A DNA stretch of 64,000 nucleotides from Pseudomonadota bacterium (GTDB lineage Bacteria > Pseudomonadota > Gammaproteobacteria > Steroidobacterales > Woeseiaceae). Location of the stretch: contig JBCBZK010000002.1 of the NCBI GenBank assembly GCA_039815365.1, positions 6,425 to 70,424 on the forward strand. Reading direction: 5' to 3'. Shown here piece after piece: positions 28,543 through 41,980 of the stretch (position 1 is its first letter; the number at the start of each line of letters is the position of its first letter). Position numbers and translations under genes: made by a program. Under the pieces are notes generated by a model, which searched no databases, was not told where the DNA came from, and saw only the letters and a program-made list of their open reading frames with translations.

Positions 28543-28596
28543 GGCCCAGCTTGTCAGGGCGGGCTTGCTCGGAACAACGTGCGTGAGGAAAGCTGC

Positions 28597-29058
28597 ATGA
28601 GTGAAAATGATGTCGCGGGACAAATGGATATACGTCAGATCATGGCGTCCATTCCGCACCGCTATCCGTTTTTATTGATCGATCGGGTGTTGTCCTGTAT
28701 CCCGGGTGAGTCAGCGACGGCGATCAAGAACGTCTCTTTCAATGAGCCGTTTTTTCAAGGTCACTTTCCGGGCCGACCCGTCATGCCGGGTGTGCTGATT
28801 ATTGAAGCGCTTGCCCAGGCAACGGGCATCCTGGCGTTCGCAACCGTCGGGGAGCCACCCGGCGCTGGCACGCTGTATTATTTCGTTGGTATCGACAAGG
28901 CGCGTTTTCGCAAGCCTGTGGAGCCAGGTGACCAATTGCGTTTGGAAGTAACGCTCGTGCGACGGATTAAAACGGTATGGCGGTTTGCTGCCGTGGCGTA
29001 CGTGGATGATGTCAAAGTCGCCAGCGCCGAGCTTATGTGCGCGCCGGGCGAGGCTTGA
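28597..29058 (+). CDS. fabZ: 3-hydroxyacyl-ACP dehydratase FabZ
   Basis: [13 protein letters not shown] and [23 protein letters not shown] motifs. ATG 28597 follows GAGGAAAG. Confidence 0.95.
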   Translation: MSENDVAGQMDIRQIMASIPHRYPFLLIDRVLSCIPGESATAIKNVSFNEPFFQGHFPGRPVMPGVLIIEALAQATGILAFATVGEPPGAGTLYYFVGIDKARFRKPVEPGDQLRLEVTLVRRIKTVWRFAAVAYVDDVKVASAELMCAPGEA

Positions 29059-29072
29059 TCAGGAGTGACGTT

Positions 29073-29849
29073 GTGAGTCAGATTCACCCTACCGCGCTGA
29101 TTGACAGTGCCGCGGATATTGCGCAAGACGTCACCATCGGACCTTTTTGTGTTGTTGGTCCGGATGTAACGATTGGCAGCGGCACGGTTGTTGAGCCACA
29201 CGTTGTCATCAAAGGCCCAACGACGATTGGTCGGGATAACCATATTTTTTCATTCGCAAGCATTGGCGATGAACCGCAGGACAAGAAATATGCTGGTGAG
29301 CCGACGTCACTGGAAATCGGCGACCGAAACACGATTCGTGAGAGTTGCACCATCAATCGCGGGACGACGCAAGATGCAGGTGTGACCCGGATTGGTAGCG
29401 ACAACTGGATCATGGCTTATGTGCATGTCGCCCATGATTGCCAGGTCGGCAACAACGTCATCCTCGCGAACAACGCAACGTTAGCAGGGCATGTACATGT
29501 CGGCGACTGGGCGATTTTTGGTGGGTTCTCCGGCGTACACCAGTTCTGCCGAATTGGTGCCCACAGTTTCTTGTCGATGTATGCCGCCGTCGCAAAAGAT
29601 GTGCCTGCGTATGTCATGGTGACAGGTTCTCCTGCTGAGCCCCGAGGCATCAATATTGAGGGTCTGAAACGACGCGGATTTGACAAGCCGCAGATCAGCA
29701 ATATTCGCGCGGCGTATAAGACGCTGTATCGCAATCAGCTTAGGTTGGAGGATGCGCTTTCAGAGTTGCGTGAGCGCTTGCCCGAGCAACCGGAGCTACA
29801 ACTGCTGGTTGACTCCATAGAGCGCTCAGAGCGCAGTATCGTGCGCTGA
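29073..29849 (+). CDS. lpxA: Acyl-ACP-UDP-N-acetylglucosamine O-acyltransferase
   Basis: IHPTALID N-terminus and hexapeptide repeats. GTG 29073 lies just after the fabZ stop; the ORF-track start 29037 overlaps fabZ. Confidence 0.93.
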   Translation: MSQIHPTALIDSAADIAQDVTIGPFCVVGPDVTIGSGTVVEPHVVIKGPTTIGRDNHIFSFASIGDEPQDKKYAGEPTSLEIGDRNTIRESCTINRGTTQDAGVTRIGSDNWIMAYVHVAHDCQVGNNVILANNATLAGHVHVGDWAIFGGFSGVHQFCRIGAHSFLSMYAAVAKDVPAYVMVTGSPAEPRGINIEGLKRRGFDKPQISNIRAAYKTLYRNQLRLEDALSELRERLPEQPELQLLVDSIERSERSIVR

Positions 29850-29867
29850 CGCCCGGAGTATGGCGCA

Positions 29868-31013
29868 ATGAGGATAGCTCTGGTTGCTGGCGAGTTGTCT
29901 GGTGATACGTTGGGCGCTGGTCTTATTCGTACGCTCGCTGAGCGTTTTCCGAATGCAACGTTCGAAGGCATCGGTGGGCCCGGCATGCAGGCGGCAGGTC
30001 TGGACGCATGGTATGACTGTGAGGTGCTCGCTGTTATGGGGCTGACGGAGGTCCTTGCGCATTTGCCGCGACTGTTGAAGCTGCGGCGCGAGCTTGTGCA
30101 GCGGTGGACGACATCGCCGCCAGACGTTTTTGTGGGTATCGATGCACCTGACTTCAATATTGGCCTCGAGTTGCGACTACGTCGCGGCGGCGTTCCTACC
30201 GTTCACTACGTGAGTCCATCCGTATGGGCGTGGCGCGAAAAACGTGTCAACAAGATTGCGCGAGCCTGTGATCGGGTACTGTGTTTGCTGCCGTTTGAAC
30301 CGGCGTTTTATGAACGCCACAACGTCGCGGCAGATTTTGTGGGTCACCCGTTAGCCACCCGAATTGAGCCAACACGAGACGTCGGCGCGGCGCGCGATGC
30401 AATGGGGTTGCGGCCCGAACAGCCCGTGGTGACAGTGCTGCCGGGCAGCCGTCGCGGTGAGATTGAGCGCGTCGGGGCGGATTTTTTGAAGGCTGCGTTG
30501 CAGCTGATTGCGCGTAACCCGTCATTGCAGGTTCTTGTGCCGCTCGCGAGCGCCAGCGGTAGAACACATTTCGATACACTCGATGCGGCGCGTGATTTAT
30601 CACAGAACGTGCGGGTGTCCGTTGGAGATGCACATCAATGCATCGCGGCTGCCGACGTCTTGTTGTGCGCGTCCGGAACCGTCACGCTCGAAGGCTTACT
30701 GCATGGCAAACCGATGGTCGTCGGTTATCGTTTGGCTGCCTCTACGTTCCGTATTGTGCGATTGTTCAAGCTCGTGAAACTCAAATACTACTCTTTGCCT
30801 AATCTGCTAACCCCGACACCACTGGTGCCCGAGTTTATCCAACATGACATGACACCAGAGGCGCTCAGCGCAGCCGTACAAGCTCTGTTGGATGATCCAC
30901 AACGCCGCGCCAGTATCGCAGCGACGTTTGCATCAGTGCATAACGAGCTCTCTCGCAACGCAGATGTCAGGGCGGCGGATGCCGTGACGCAGGTTGCACG
31001 ACCACATGGCTAG
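29868..31013 (+). CDS. lpxB: Lipid-A-disaccharide synthase
   Basis: MRIALVAGELSGD N-terminus; 381 aa; conserved position. Confidence 0.92.
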   Translation: MRIALVAGELSGDTLGAGLIRTLAERFPNATFEGIGGPGMQAAGLDAWYDCEVLAVMGLTEVLAHLPRLLKLRRELVQRWTTSPPDVFVGIDAPDFNIGLELRLRRGGVPTVHYVSPSVWAWREKRVNKIARACDRVLCLLPFEPAFYERHNVAADFVGHPLATRIEPTRDVGAARDAMGLRPEQPVVTVLPGSRRGEIERVGADFLKAALQLIARNPSLQVLVPLASASGRTHFDTLDAARDLSQNVRVSVGDAHQCIAAADVLLCASGTVTLEGLLHGKPMVVGYRLAASTFRIVRLFKLVKLKYYSLPNLLTPTPLVPEFIQHDMTPEALSAAVQALLDDPQRRASIAATFASVHNELSRNADVRAADAVTQVARPHG

Positions 31014-31653
31014 GCGCGCTGCCACTGTGGCGCAGTTGTATCAGCCAACGCTTGCTGATGGTTTGGTCGCGGGCGTCGATGAGGCAGGCCGCGGACCGCT
31101 GGCTGGACCTGTGAGTGTGGCGGCTGTTGTGCTGGATCCCCGGCGCATTCCAGCAGGTCTGAATGATTCCAAGAAGCTCTCGCCCAGTGCGCGGCAACGT
31201 CTGTTTGTAGAAATCAATGAAATGGCATTGCATCAGTGCGTCATTATGGTGTCACCAGCAGACATCGACGCATTGAATATCCTGCACGCGACGATGCATG
31301 GCATGCGTTGCGCCGTGGAAGGTTTGACCTGTACGTTGAGTGAAGTCGTCATCGATGGGAATCGGGCGCCCGATTTGACCTCGTTATCACCAAGGCCGCC
31401 GGTGCGCACTTTGATTGGTGGCGATGCGTTGCACGCGAGTGTTGCGGCCGCATCGATATTGGCCAAATGTACCCGCGACGCCGCGATGGTTGAATACGAT
31501 GAGCAGTTTCCCGGTTACGGGTTCGCGAAGCACAAGGGATACCCGACGGTCGCGCACCGTGACGCACTGCAAACGTTAGGACCATGCGCTATCCATCGGC
31601 ACAGTTTTGCGCCGGTTCGCGCCGCGGCAGCGCGGCATTGCGAGGGGTGCTGA
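31006..31653 (+). CDS. rnhB: Ribonuclease HII
   Basis: VAGVDEAGRGPLAGPV catalytic motif and DSKKLS. ATG 31006 overlaps the lpxB end by 8 nt. Confidence 0.92.
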   Translation: MARRAATVAQLYQPTLADGLVAGVDEAGRGPLAGPVSVAAVVLDPRRIPAGLNDSKKLSPSARQRLFVEINEMALHQCVIMVSPADIDALNILHATMHGMRCAVEGLTCTLSEVVIDGNRAPDLTSLSPRPPVRTLIGGDALHASVAAASILAKCTRDAAMVEYDEQFPGYGFAKHKGYPTVAHRDALQTLGPCAIHRHSFAPVRAAAARHCEGC

Positions 31654-34600
31654 GTGGCTGCGCGTAGTTCTGACGCTGTTCGTCGTGATTCGAGATTACC
31701 GGATACGGATCAGGGATTCGTTCATCTGCACGTACATACCCAGTACTCGATCATGGATGGATTGGTGCGTGTTCCCGAACTGATGTCGACTGCGCGTGAG
31801 TCGGCTATGCCGGCGGTTGCGTTGACCGATGCTGGCAACTTGTTCGCGATGGTCAAGTTCTACACAAAAGCGGTGCGGGCAGGTATCAAGCCGATCATCG
31901 GCGTAGAGTTTGCGGTGTACGACTCTGATCAACGCGGTGCTGAGGATGCACTCGTGCTGTTGTGCCAAAACGATGAGGGTTACAAAAACCTGACTAAACT
32001 GGTGACGCGTGCGTATCTGGAAGGTCAGCATCAAAGTCGCCCTGGGGTTGACTGGCGATGGCTCGATGCGAAAAGCACGGCGGGTTTGATTGCCTTGTCC
32101 GGGGGGTTCGCCGGCGATCTCGCCCGATTGTGTTCAACAGGTGCGACAGATGCTGCGCTCGCGCGTGCCGAGCACTGGCAGACGATTTTTGCGGACCGTT
32201 ACTATTTGCAGGTCTCGCGTACCGGGCGCGACGGTGAAAATCGCTGGATTCAACATGCGGTCCATATTGGCAATCGTTTGCAACTACCGTTAGTGGCAAC
32301 TAATGACGTGCGTTTTCTGGCAGAGGAAGATTTTGACGCGCACGAAGCGCGGGTGTGTATCCACCAGGGTCGCACGTTGGCCGATACCTCAAGACCACGT
32401 AAGTACAGTAAGCAACAGTTCCTGCGCTCAGCTGTGCAGATGCGCGAATTGTTTGAAGATATCCCAGGTGCGCTGGACAACACGCTGGCGATCGCCGCGC
32501 GTTGCAGTCTCGATCTCGAGCTTGGCAAGAGCTATTTGCCAGAGTTTCCGGTGCCCGATGGCAGCAGCGCGGCAGACTGGTTACGCAAACAGTCGGCCCT
32601 CGGCCTCGAACGAAAAATTGCTGAAGGTGCCAACTCGGACAGCGACGTGGAGACTTACGACGCACGCTTGCAGCGCGAGCTCGACACCATCTGCAACATG
32701 GGGTTTCCCGGCTATTTTTTGATCGTCGCTGACTTTATTCGTTGGGCGCGGGAGAACGGTGTACCGGTCGGCCCGGGTCGTGGCTCAGGGGCCGGATCTT
32801 TGGTTGCGTTCGTGCTTGGCATTACCGACATTGATCCGTTGGAGCACGACTTGTTGTTCGAGAGATTCCTGAATCCCGAACGCGTGTCGATGCCGGATTT
32901 TGACGTCGACTTCTGTATGGAAGGTCGTGACCGTGTGATCGGATACGTTGCGGATCACTATGGTCGACATCGCGTATCGCAGATCATTACGTACGGCACG
33001 ATGGCAGCCAAAGCCGTAGTGCGAGACGCCGGTCGTGTGCTCGAATTTCCTTACGGATTCGTTGACCGGATCGCCAAGCTTATTCCGTTCGAGGTTGGCA
33101 TGACGCTGGCGAAAGCGCTGGACGATGAGCCGGAGTTAGCACGTTTGCGCGAAGAGGACGATGAGGTTCGCAGTATCCTTGATTTGGCGTTGTCGCTGGA
33201 AGGATGCGTACGAAATGCCGGTAAACACGCGGGAGGCGTTGTGATTGCGCCGACCGAGCTGACCGATTTTACGCCGCTGTATTGCGAGCAAGGCGGCAAC
33301 AACCTTGTGACCCAGTTCGACAAGGATGACGTAGAAGCTGCTGGACTCGTCAAGTTCGATTTTCTCGGTTTGCGTACGCTCACTATTATCGATCGCGCAC
33401 TGGTTAATGTGAACGAGACGCGCGCGTTAGCCGGCGAGGCGCCAATCGATCTGAAAGCGCTACCAATGGATGACCAAGCGACGTTTGCGTTGCTACAGCG
33501 CTGCCACACGACTGCAGTGTTTCAGCTTGAGTCGCGCGGCATGAAAGATCTGATCAAGCGTTTGCGACCGGACAGTTTTGGCGATCTTGTTGCACTGGTC
33601 GCGCTGTTTCGACCAGGACCGCTACAGTCGGGAATGGTCGATGACTTCATCGCGCGCAAGCACGGTGAGGGCGGTGAAGTTATTGATTACCTGCACCCGG
33701 ACTTGCAGCCGGTACTTGAGTCTACGTACGGCGTGATTCTCTATCAGGAACAGGTGATGCAAATCGCGCAGGTGTTGGCGGGTTACACGCTGGGCGGCGC
33801 CGATTTGCTGCGCCGTGCGATGGGTAAGAAAAAACTCGAAGAGATGGCCAAGCAGCGTGAAATTTTCGTCGAGGGTTGTGTGGCGCGCGATGTCGATCGG
33901 GCGCAGGCCGAGTATATCTTCGATTTGATGGAGAAATTCGCCGGCTACGGTTTCAACAAGTCACACTCGGCTGCATACGCGGTGTTGTCCTACCACACGG
34001 CGTGGCTCAAAGCGCATTATCCTGCGCAGTTCATGGCTGCCGTGATGTCGTCGGATATGGACAGCACCGACAAATTAGTCGGACTCAAAGATGACTGTCG
34101 CTTGCTCGGTATTGAGCTGCGTGGACCGGACGTCAACGCGTCTCTATGCCACTTTAGTGCGACGAGCGACGGTGCCATTCGGTACGGGCTTGGTGCTGTC
34201 AAAGGCGTCGGACGCGCCGCGATCGATGCCATCGTTGAATCGCGCGAAGCCGACGGGCCATTCAAAGATCTGGCGGATTTGTGCGCGCGGGTCGATACCA
34301 GTCGTATCAACAAACGTATGTTTGAGTCGCTGATCAAGTCCGGCGCAGCCGACAGTCTGCACGATAACCGCAGGTCAATGTTTGAGACGCTGCCAGAACT
34401 TGTGAAACGTGCCGAGCAAGACGCTCGCGCCGCAGCGGCAGGCCAGAACGATTTGTTTGGTAGTCTGAGTACACCGGATCCGGTCGCCGAGACGATTGTT
34501 TTGCGCGATGTAGCGCCCTGGAATCATGGCGACAGACTCAGCGCAGAAAAAGAAGCGTTGGGTTTGTACCTGAGTGGTCATCCGTTTGAAGTGTTCCGTG

Positions 34601-35217
34601 ATATCGCGACACAATTGACTCACGGGAAACTGGGGGACATTGCATCGATTAAGCCGCCGTCGGGCGCGCACAACGGGAATGACTTTTCTCAGCCACGCAG
34701 GCAGGCGACGGTCGCAGGTCTGGTGTTCGACATACGCCGGCGCGGCAATCGTGTCACGTTGACGTTAGACGATGATACAGGTCGTGTTGATGTGAACCTG
34801 TACGCTGACATGGTCGATTCGGTGCGTCACTTGCTGGTAAAAGACAGCGTCGTGCTGGCAAGCGGCACGCTGCGGTGGGACAACTTCATGAATGCGTGGG
34901 CTGTTAGCGCAAGACAGTTGCGCGATTTTGACCATGTTATCGAGGAGCAGGCGACGAGTCTTGTGATCGCCATCGAGCGTCCCGAGAAGGACACCGACGC
35001 CGCCCTGCAAATGCGTGATTTGCAATCGGTGCTCAGACCGCACCGTGGTGGCAACTGTGATATCTGTGTGCACTACCGTACCGACGACGCTGTGGCCCGG
35101 ATCGCGTTCGGGCAACTGTGGCGCATCCGCATGTCACGTGAGTTGCGTGAACAATTGGCAAACATGTTCGGTGATAACGCGATCAGAATTGGTTTTACAG
35201 TGGCCAATGGGGCATAG
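31654..35217 (+). CDS. dnaE: DNA polymerase III alpha subunit
   Basis: 1187 aa. PHP domain FVHLHVHTQYS, palm/fingers blocks (GPGRGSGAGSLVA, PDFDVDF, FNKSHSAAYA). Confidence 0.97.
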   Translation: MAARSSDAVRRDSRLPDTDQGFVHLHVHTQYSIMDGLVRVPELMSTARESAMPAVALTDAGNLFAMVKFYTKAVRAGIKPIIGVEFAVYDSDQRGAEDALVLLCQNDEGYKNLTKLVTRAYLEGQHQSRPGVDWRWLDAKSTAGLIALSGGFAGDLARLCSTGATDAALARAEHWQTIFADRYYLQVSRTGRDGENRWIQHAVHIGNRLQLPLVATNDVRFLAEEDFDAHEARVCIHQGRTLADTSRPRKYSKQQFLRSAVQMRELFEDIPGALDNTLAIAARCSLDLELGKSYLPEFPVPDGSSAADWLRKQSALGLERKIAEGANSDSDVETYDARLQRELDTICNMGFPGYFLIVADFIRWARENGVPVGPGRGSGAGSLVAFVLGITDIDPLEHDLLFERFLNPERVSMPDFDVDFCMEGRDRVIGYVADHYGRHRVSQIITYGTMAAKAVVRDAGRVLEFPYGFVDRIAKLIPFEVGMTLAKALDDEPELARLREEDDEVRSILDLALSLEGCVRNAGKHAGGVVIAPTELTDFTPLYCEQGGNNLVTQFDKDDVEAAGLVKFDFLGLRTLTIIDRALVNVNETRALAGEAPIDLKALPMDDQATFALLQRCHTTAVFQLESRGMKDLIKRLRPDSFGDLVALVALFRPGPLQSGMVDDFIARKHGEGGEVIDYLHPDLQPVLESTYGVILYQEQVMQIAQVLAGYTLGGADLLRRAMGKKKLEEMAKQREIFVEGCVARDVDRAQAEYIFDLMEKFAGYGFNKSHSAAYAVLSYHTAWLKAHYPAQFMAAVMSSDMDSTDKLVGLKDDCRLLGIELRGPDVNASLCHFSATSDGAIRYGLGAVKGVGRAAIDAIVESREADGPFKDLADLCARVDTSRINKRMFESLIKSGAADSLHDNRRSMFETLPELVKRAEQDARAAAAGQNDLFGSLSTPDPVAETIVLRDVAPWNHGDRLSAEKEALGLYLSGHPFEVFRDIATQLTHGKLGDIASIKPPSGAHNGNDFSQPRRQATVAGLVFDIRRRGNRVTLTLDDDTGRVDVNLYADMVDSVRHLLVKDSVVLASGTLRWDNFMNAWAVSARQLRDFDHVIEEQATSLVIAIERPEKDTDAALQMRDLQSVLRPHRGGNCDICVHYRTDDAVARIAFGQLWRIRMSRELREQLANMFGDNAIRIGFTVANGA

Positions 35218-35280
35218 CATGGGTGAGCCACGTACACGCGTGTGCTACCTTACGCGCAACGACTCAAACGGGGTTTGTCG

Positions 35281-36243
35281 ATGGACGTAAAATTTCTCGA
35301 ATTCGAACAGCCGATTGCCGACCTTGAGGCAAAGATAGAAGGGTTGCGCTATGTCGGTGACGATTCTGAAGTGAATGTCGCCGAAGAAGTGGATCGACTC
35401 GCGAAAAAGAGCGAAACGCTGACGAAGTCGATTTTTTCGAGCCTTACCGCTTGGCAAGTCGCGCAAGTTGCGCGACACCCGATGCGTCCTTACACGCTCG
35501 ACTATGTCGATCTTATTTTCGACGACTTTCAGGAGCTGCACGGCGATCGTATGTACGCTGATGATTACGCCATCATTGGTGGCATCGCGCGCATCGAAGG
35601 GTTGCCTGTGATGTTGATAGGTCACCAGAAAGGGCGCGACACCAAAGAACGCGTGCGTCGCAATTACGGGATGCCGCGGCCCGAAGGTTATCGCAAGGCA
35701 CAGCGTCTGATGCGTCTTGCCGAGAAGTTCAAGTTGCCGGTCGTCACACTGATTGACACGCCAGGGGCGTACCCGGGTATTGGTGCAGAAGAGCGCGGTC
35801 AGTCCGAGGCGATCGCGAGTAGCCTTAAATTGATGGCGCGTTTACGTACACCGATTATCAGTGTCGTAATCGGTGAGGGTGGTTCTGGCGGTGCGCTGGC
35901 CATTGGCGTATCGGACAGGCTAATGATGCTGCAGTACGCGGTCTATTCGGTGATCTCGCCCGAGGGATGCGCGTCTATTTTGTGGAAGAGCGCCGAGAAA
36001 GCGGCAGACGCCGCTGATGCCATGCGCATCACTGCTGCGCAGCTCAAGGGTTTTGGTCTGATAGATCATTTGATCGAGGAGCCTTTAGGCGGCGCACACC
36101 GCAGTTACAAGGCCGTGGCCGAGACATTGAAGAATGCGTTGCTCTCGCAAATCAACACGCTCGACGCATTGTCGAGCGAACAGCTACTGGAAGAGCGAGC
36201 TGCGAAAATTTCTGCATTTGGTGATTTTCGTATCGCAAGCTGA
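35281..36243 (+). CDS. accA: Acetyl-CoA carboxylase carboxyltransferase alpha subunit
   Basis: [17 protein letters not shown]-terminus and [17 protein letters not shown] motif. ATG 35281 preferred over the ORF-track start 35242. Confidence 0.96.
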   Translation: MDVKFLEFEQPIADLEAKIEGLRYVGDDSEVNVAEEVDRLAKKSETLTKSIFSSLTAWQVAQVARHPMRPYTLDYVDLIFDDFQELHGDRMYADDYAIIGGIARIEGLPVMLIGHQKGRDTKERVRRNYGMPRPEGYRKAQRLMRLAEKFKLPVVTLIDTPGAYPGIGAEERGQSEAIASSLKLMARLRTPIISVVIGEGGSGGALAIGVSDRLMMLQYAVYSVISPEGCASILWKSAEKAADAADAMRITAAQLKGFGLIDHLIEEPLGGAHRSYKAVAETLKNALLSQINTLDALSSEQLLEERAAKISAFGDFRIAS

Positions 36244-37526
36244 TGATTGATGCGCAGCATATCGCTGCGCGCGTTCAAGCGCTCACGCTAAGGCTACCTG
36301 CGTTCACGGGTTTGTTAGTCGCGTTCAGCGGTGGTCGCGATTCGTCTGTGTTGCTGTCTCTAATGGCCCGTGCGGACGTGGCACCTGTGCGTGCTGTCAA
36401 CGTCGACCATGGCTTGCAGCCGGATATCGCGACGCAATGGCTGGCACATAATGCCCAATTTTGCGAGGGGCTCGGCGTACCGTTTACGCGCGTTTCGGTA
36501 GATGTTGCCGCGCACGGCGGAGAGAGTCTCGAGGCCGCTGCGCGACGGGCACGCTATGCGGCATTGGCAGGCGAAGCACGCACGGGCGAATTGGTGTTGC
36601 TGGCACAGCACGAGTCTGATCAGGCTGAAACGTTGTTGTTGCAGTTGCTACGCGGTGGTGGTCCGGACGGTCTGGCGTCGATGCCAACAGTTTCTGTGCT
36701 TGGCGAAACACTGATGGCGCGACCACTGTTGGACGTTACGGATGCTGACATTGCCGCTTATGCCCACGACCAGAGACTCAGATGGTTTGAAGACCCGAGC
36801 AATCAAGACCAGCGCTTCGACCGCAACTTTCTGCGTGCCGTCGTTATGCCATCGCTGCGGGAGCGTTGGCCCTCCGTCGATCGTACGCTATCGCGCGGCG
36901 CGCAGTGGCAAGCAGAAGCGGCGCAGTTACAACACCAGTTAGGCGCTGCTGATATGCGTACGGTCACAATCGATGGTCGTGTGCTCAGCTGCGGGCGGCT
37001 TGCGAGGCTTACATCGAGTCGTTTATCGAATACGCTTCGCTTCGCCATTCGCGCCGCAGGGCTGACAACGCCCTCTGCGCAGCGACTTGCCGCGCTGCAG
37101 ACGCTGGCGCTGCAGACCGCAGGCCGTGGCAGTGTTCGTTGGCACGGCGGTGTTGCGCTGCGCTACCGCGATCAGCTGCATTTGTTGGATGAGCTATCCC
37201 CTGACCCGGTCAGTGGTTGGTCGGCAGCGCTGCCGACGGATCATCGCTTGCAGCTACCGCATACGTTCGGCACGTTAGCATTGGCGGCAGAACGCGCGCA
37301 CGCGACCTTGACCGTGCGCTTTCGTGAAGGGGGGGAGCGCGTTCCGTTGGCAGGTGGTCAACATCAAGCGCTGGCGAAGTGGTTTCAGCAACATGGCATT
37401 CCACCATGGCAGCGCAGTCGCATGCCATTGGTATTTGCCGGCGATACGCTCATCGCGATCGGCGAGCATCGCCTGTCTAGGTGGTCCGAGTTCGTGCCCG
37501 GCGGGGCGCTCATTTGGCGCCGCTAA
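36243..37526 (+). CDS. tilS: tRNA(Ile)-lysidine synthase
   Basis: PP-loop VAFSGGRDSSVL; 427 aa. ATG shares 1 nt with the accA TGA stop (TGATG). Confidence 0.88.
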   Translation: MIDAQHIAARVQALTLRLPAFTGLLVAFSGGRDSSVLLSLMARADVAPVRAVNVDHGLQPDIATQWLAHNAQFCEGLGVPFTRVSVDVAAHGGESLEAAARRARYAALAGEARTGELVLLAQHESDQAETLLLQLLRGGGPDGLASMPTVSVLGETLMARPLLDVTDADIAAYAHDQRLRWFEDPSNQDQRFDRNFLRAVVMPSLRERWPSVDRTLSRGAQWQAEAAQLQHQLGAADMRTVTIDGRVLSCGRLARLTSSRLSNTLRFAIRAAGLTTPSAQRLAALQTLALQTAGRGSVRWHGGVALRYRDQLHLLDELSPDPVSGWSAALPTDHRLQLPHTFGTLALAAERAHATLTVRFREGGERVPLAGGQHQALAKWFQQHGIPPWQRSRMPLVFAGDTLIAIGEHRLSRWSEFVPGGALIWRR

Positions 37527-37527
37527 A

Positions 37528-37556
37528 TTGTCTCGTCACCGTCCATCTGGTATCTT
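37528..37556 (+). promoter_or_regulatory. Candidate sigma-70 promoter directly after the tilS stop
   Basis: TTGTCT (37528-37533), a 17-nt spacer, then TATCTT (37551-37556) preceded by TGg (extended -10 like). Confidence 0.35.
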
Positions 37557-37562
37557 CTTCAT

Positions 37563-37717
37563 CCGATCCAAGCACACAGTCTTGTGTGGACAAGGGCCGG
37601 AGTAAAGGCTTGCGCTGTAGGCGCAACGATAGCCACAACCGACGCATCGCGTAGGTTGTCGTTCTCGTTGGGGGCAGTGGCGATTAAGCGGTCCTTTACT
37701 CCGGCCTTTTTCTTTTT
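37563..37717 (+). ncRNA. Candidate structured RNA (sRNA or pyrG leader/attenuator), roughly 155 nt
   Basis: Hairpin CACACA/TGTGTG (37573-37588). A 14-bp perfect closing helix GGCCGGAGTAAAGG (37595-37608) / CCTTTACTCCGGCC (37693-37706) encloses two internal hairpins (37610-37626 and 37635-37659). TTTTTCTTTTT follows at 37707-37717. Confidence 0.35.
37595..37717 (+). terminator. Unusual long-range intrinsic-terminator-like helix plus U tract upstream of pyrG
   Basis: A 14-bp GC-rich helix followed immediately by T5CT5. The helix encloses 84 nt rather than a short loop. Confidence 0.45.
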
Positions 37718-37761
37718 GTAGCAAAGGTTTATTCGCTAAACCTAATGCAGGCGGTAACTAA

Positions 37762-41600
<3,839 letters not shown>

Positions 41601-41635
41601 CGAGACAGCCCAAACGCGATTGCAAGAGCGATTGA

Positions 41636-41974
41636 TTGATGCCATCACAACCACAACAGCGTAGCGTCTCGTCGAGCATCACCGTGCTCGCGCTCGTGGT
41701 GATGCTGGGTATTGTGCTGATTCAGTTATTCGTCTCTCCGCACGGCCTGCGCAAGTCCCGCGAGCTACAGGTCGCGTTAGATGACACCAAGCTTGCGATT
41801 GACGCGCTGGAACAGCGTAACGCAGCGCTAGCCGGTGAAGTGCGCAACCTGAAGCACGGATTGGATGCTGCCGAAGAGCGTGCCCGCTCTGATTTGGGCA
41901 TGATCGGCGAGAATGAGTCGTTCTATCAAATTGTCGATAGCGACGCGGCCTCAGTGTCGCGGGTCGTTGATTGA
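41636..41974 (+). CDS. ftsB: Cell division protein FtsB
   Basis: 112 aa with one N-terminal TM, a coiled coil, and IEERARSDLGM-like motif (AEERARSDLGMIGENESFYQIV). Conserved position after eno. Confidence 0.85.
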   Translation: MMPSQPQQRSVSSSITVLALVVMLGIVLIQLFVSPHGLRKSRELQVALDDTKLAIDALEQRNAALAGEVRNLKHGLDAAEERARSDLGMIGENESFYQIVDSDAASVSRVVD

Positions 41975-41980
41975 CCAGCA

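Noticed and set aside
27610-28659. 349-aa minus-strand ORF antisense to lpxD, plus the 147-aa and 77-aa ORFs nearby
   Set aside because: The plus strand encodes an unmistakable LpxD with hexapeptide repeats. The antisense product is an R/H/C/T-rich low-complexity artefact of GC-rich repeat coding.
37536-37724. 62-aa minus-strand ORF inside the tilS-pyrG spacer
   Set aside because: It has no SD and no family resemblance, and its Cys/Arg/Gly-rich composition reflects the paired RNA helices. The RNA-structure explanation fits better.
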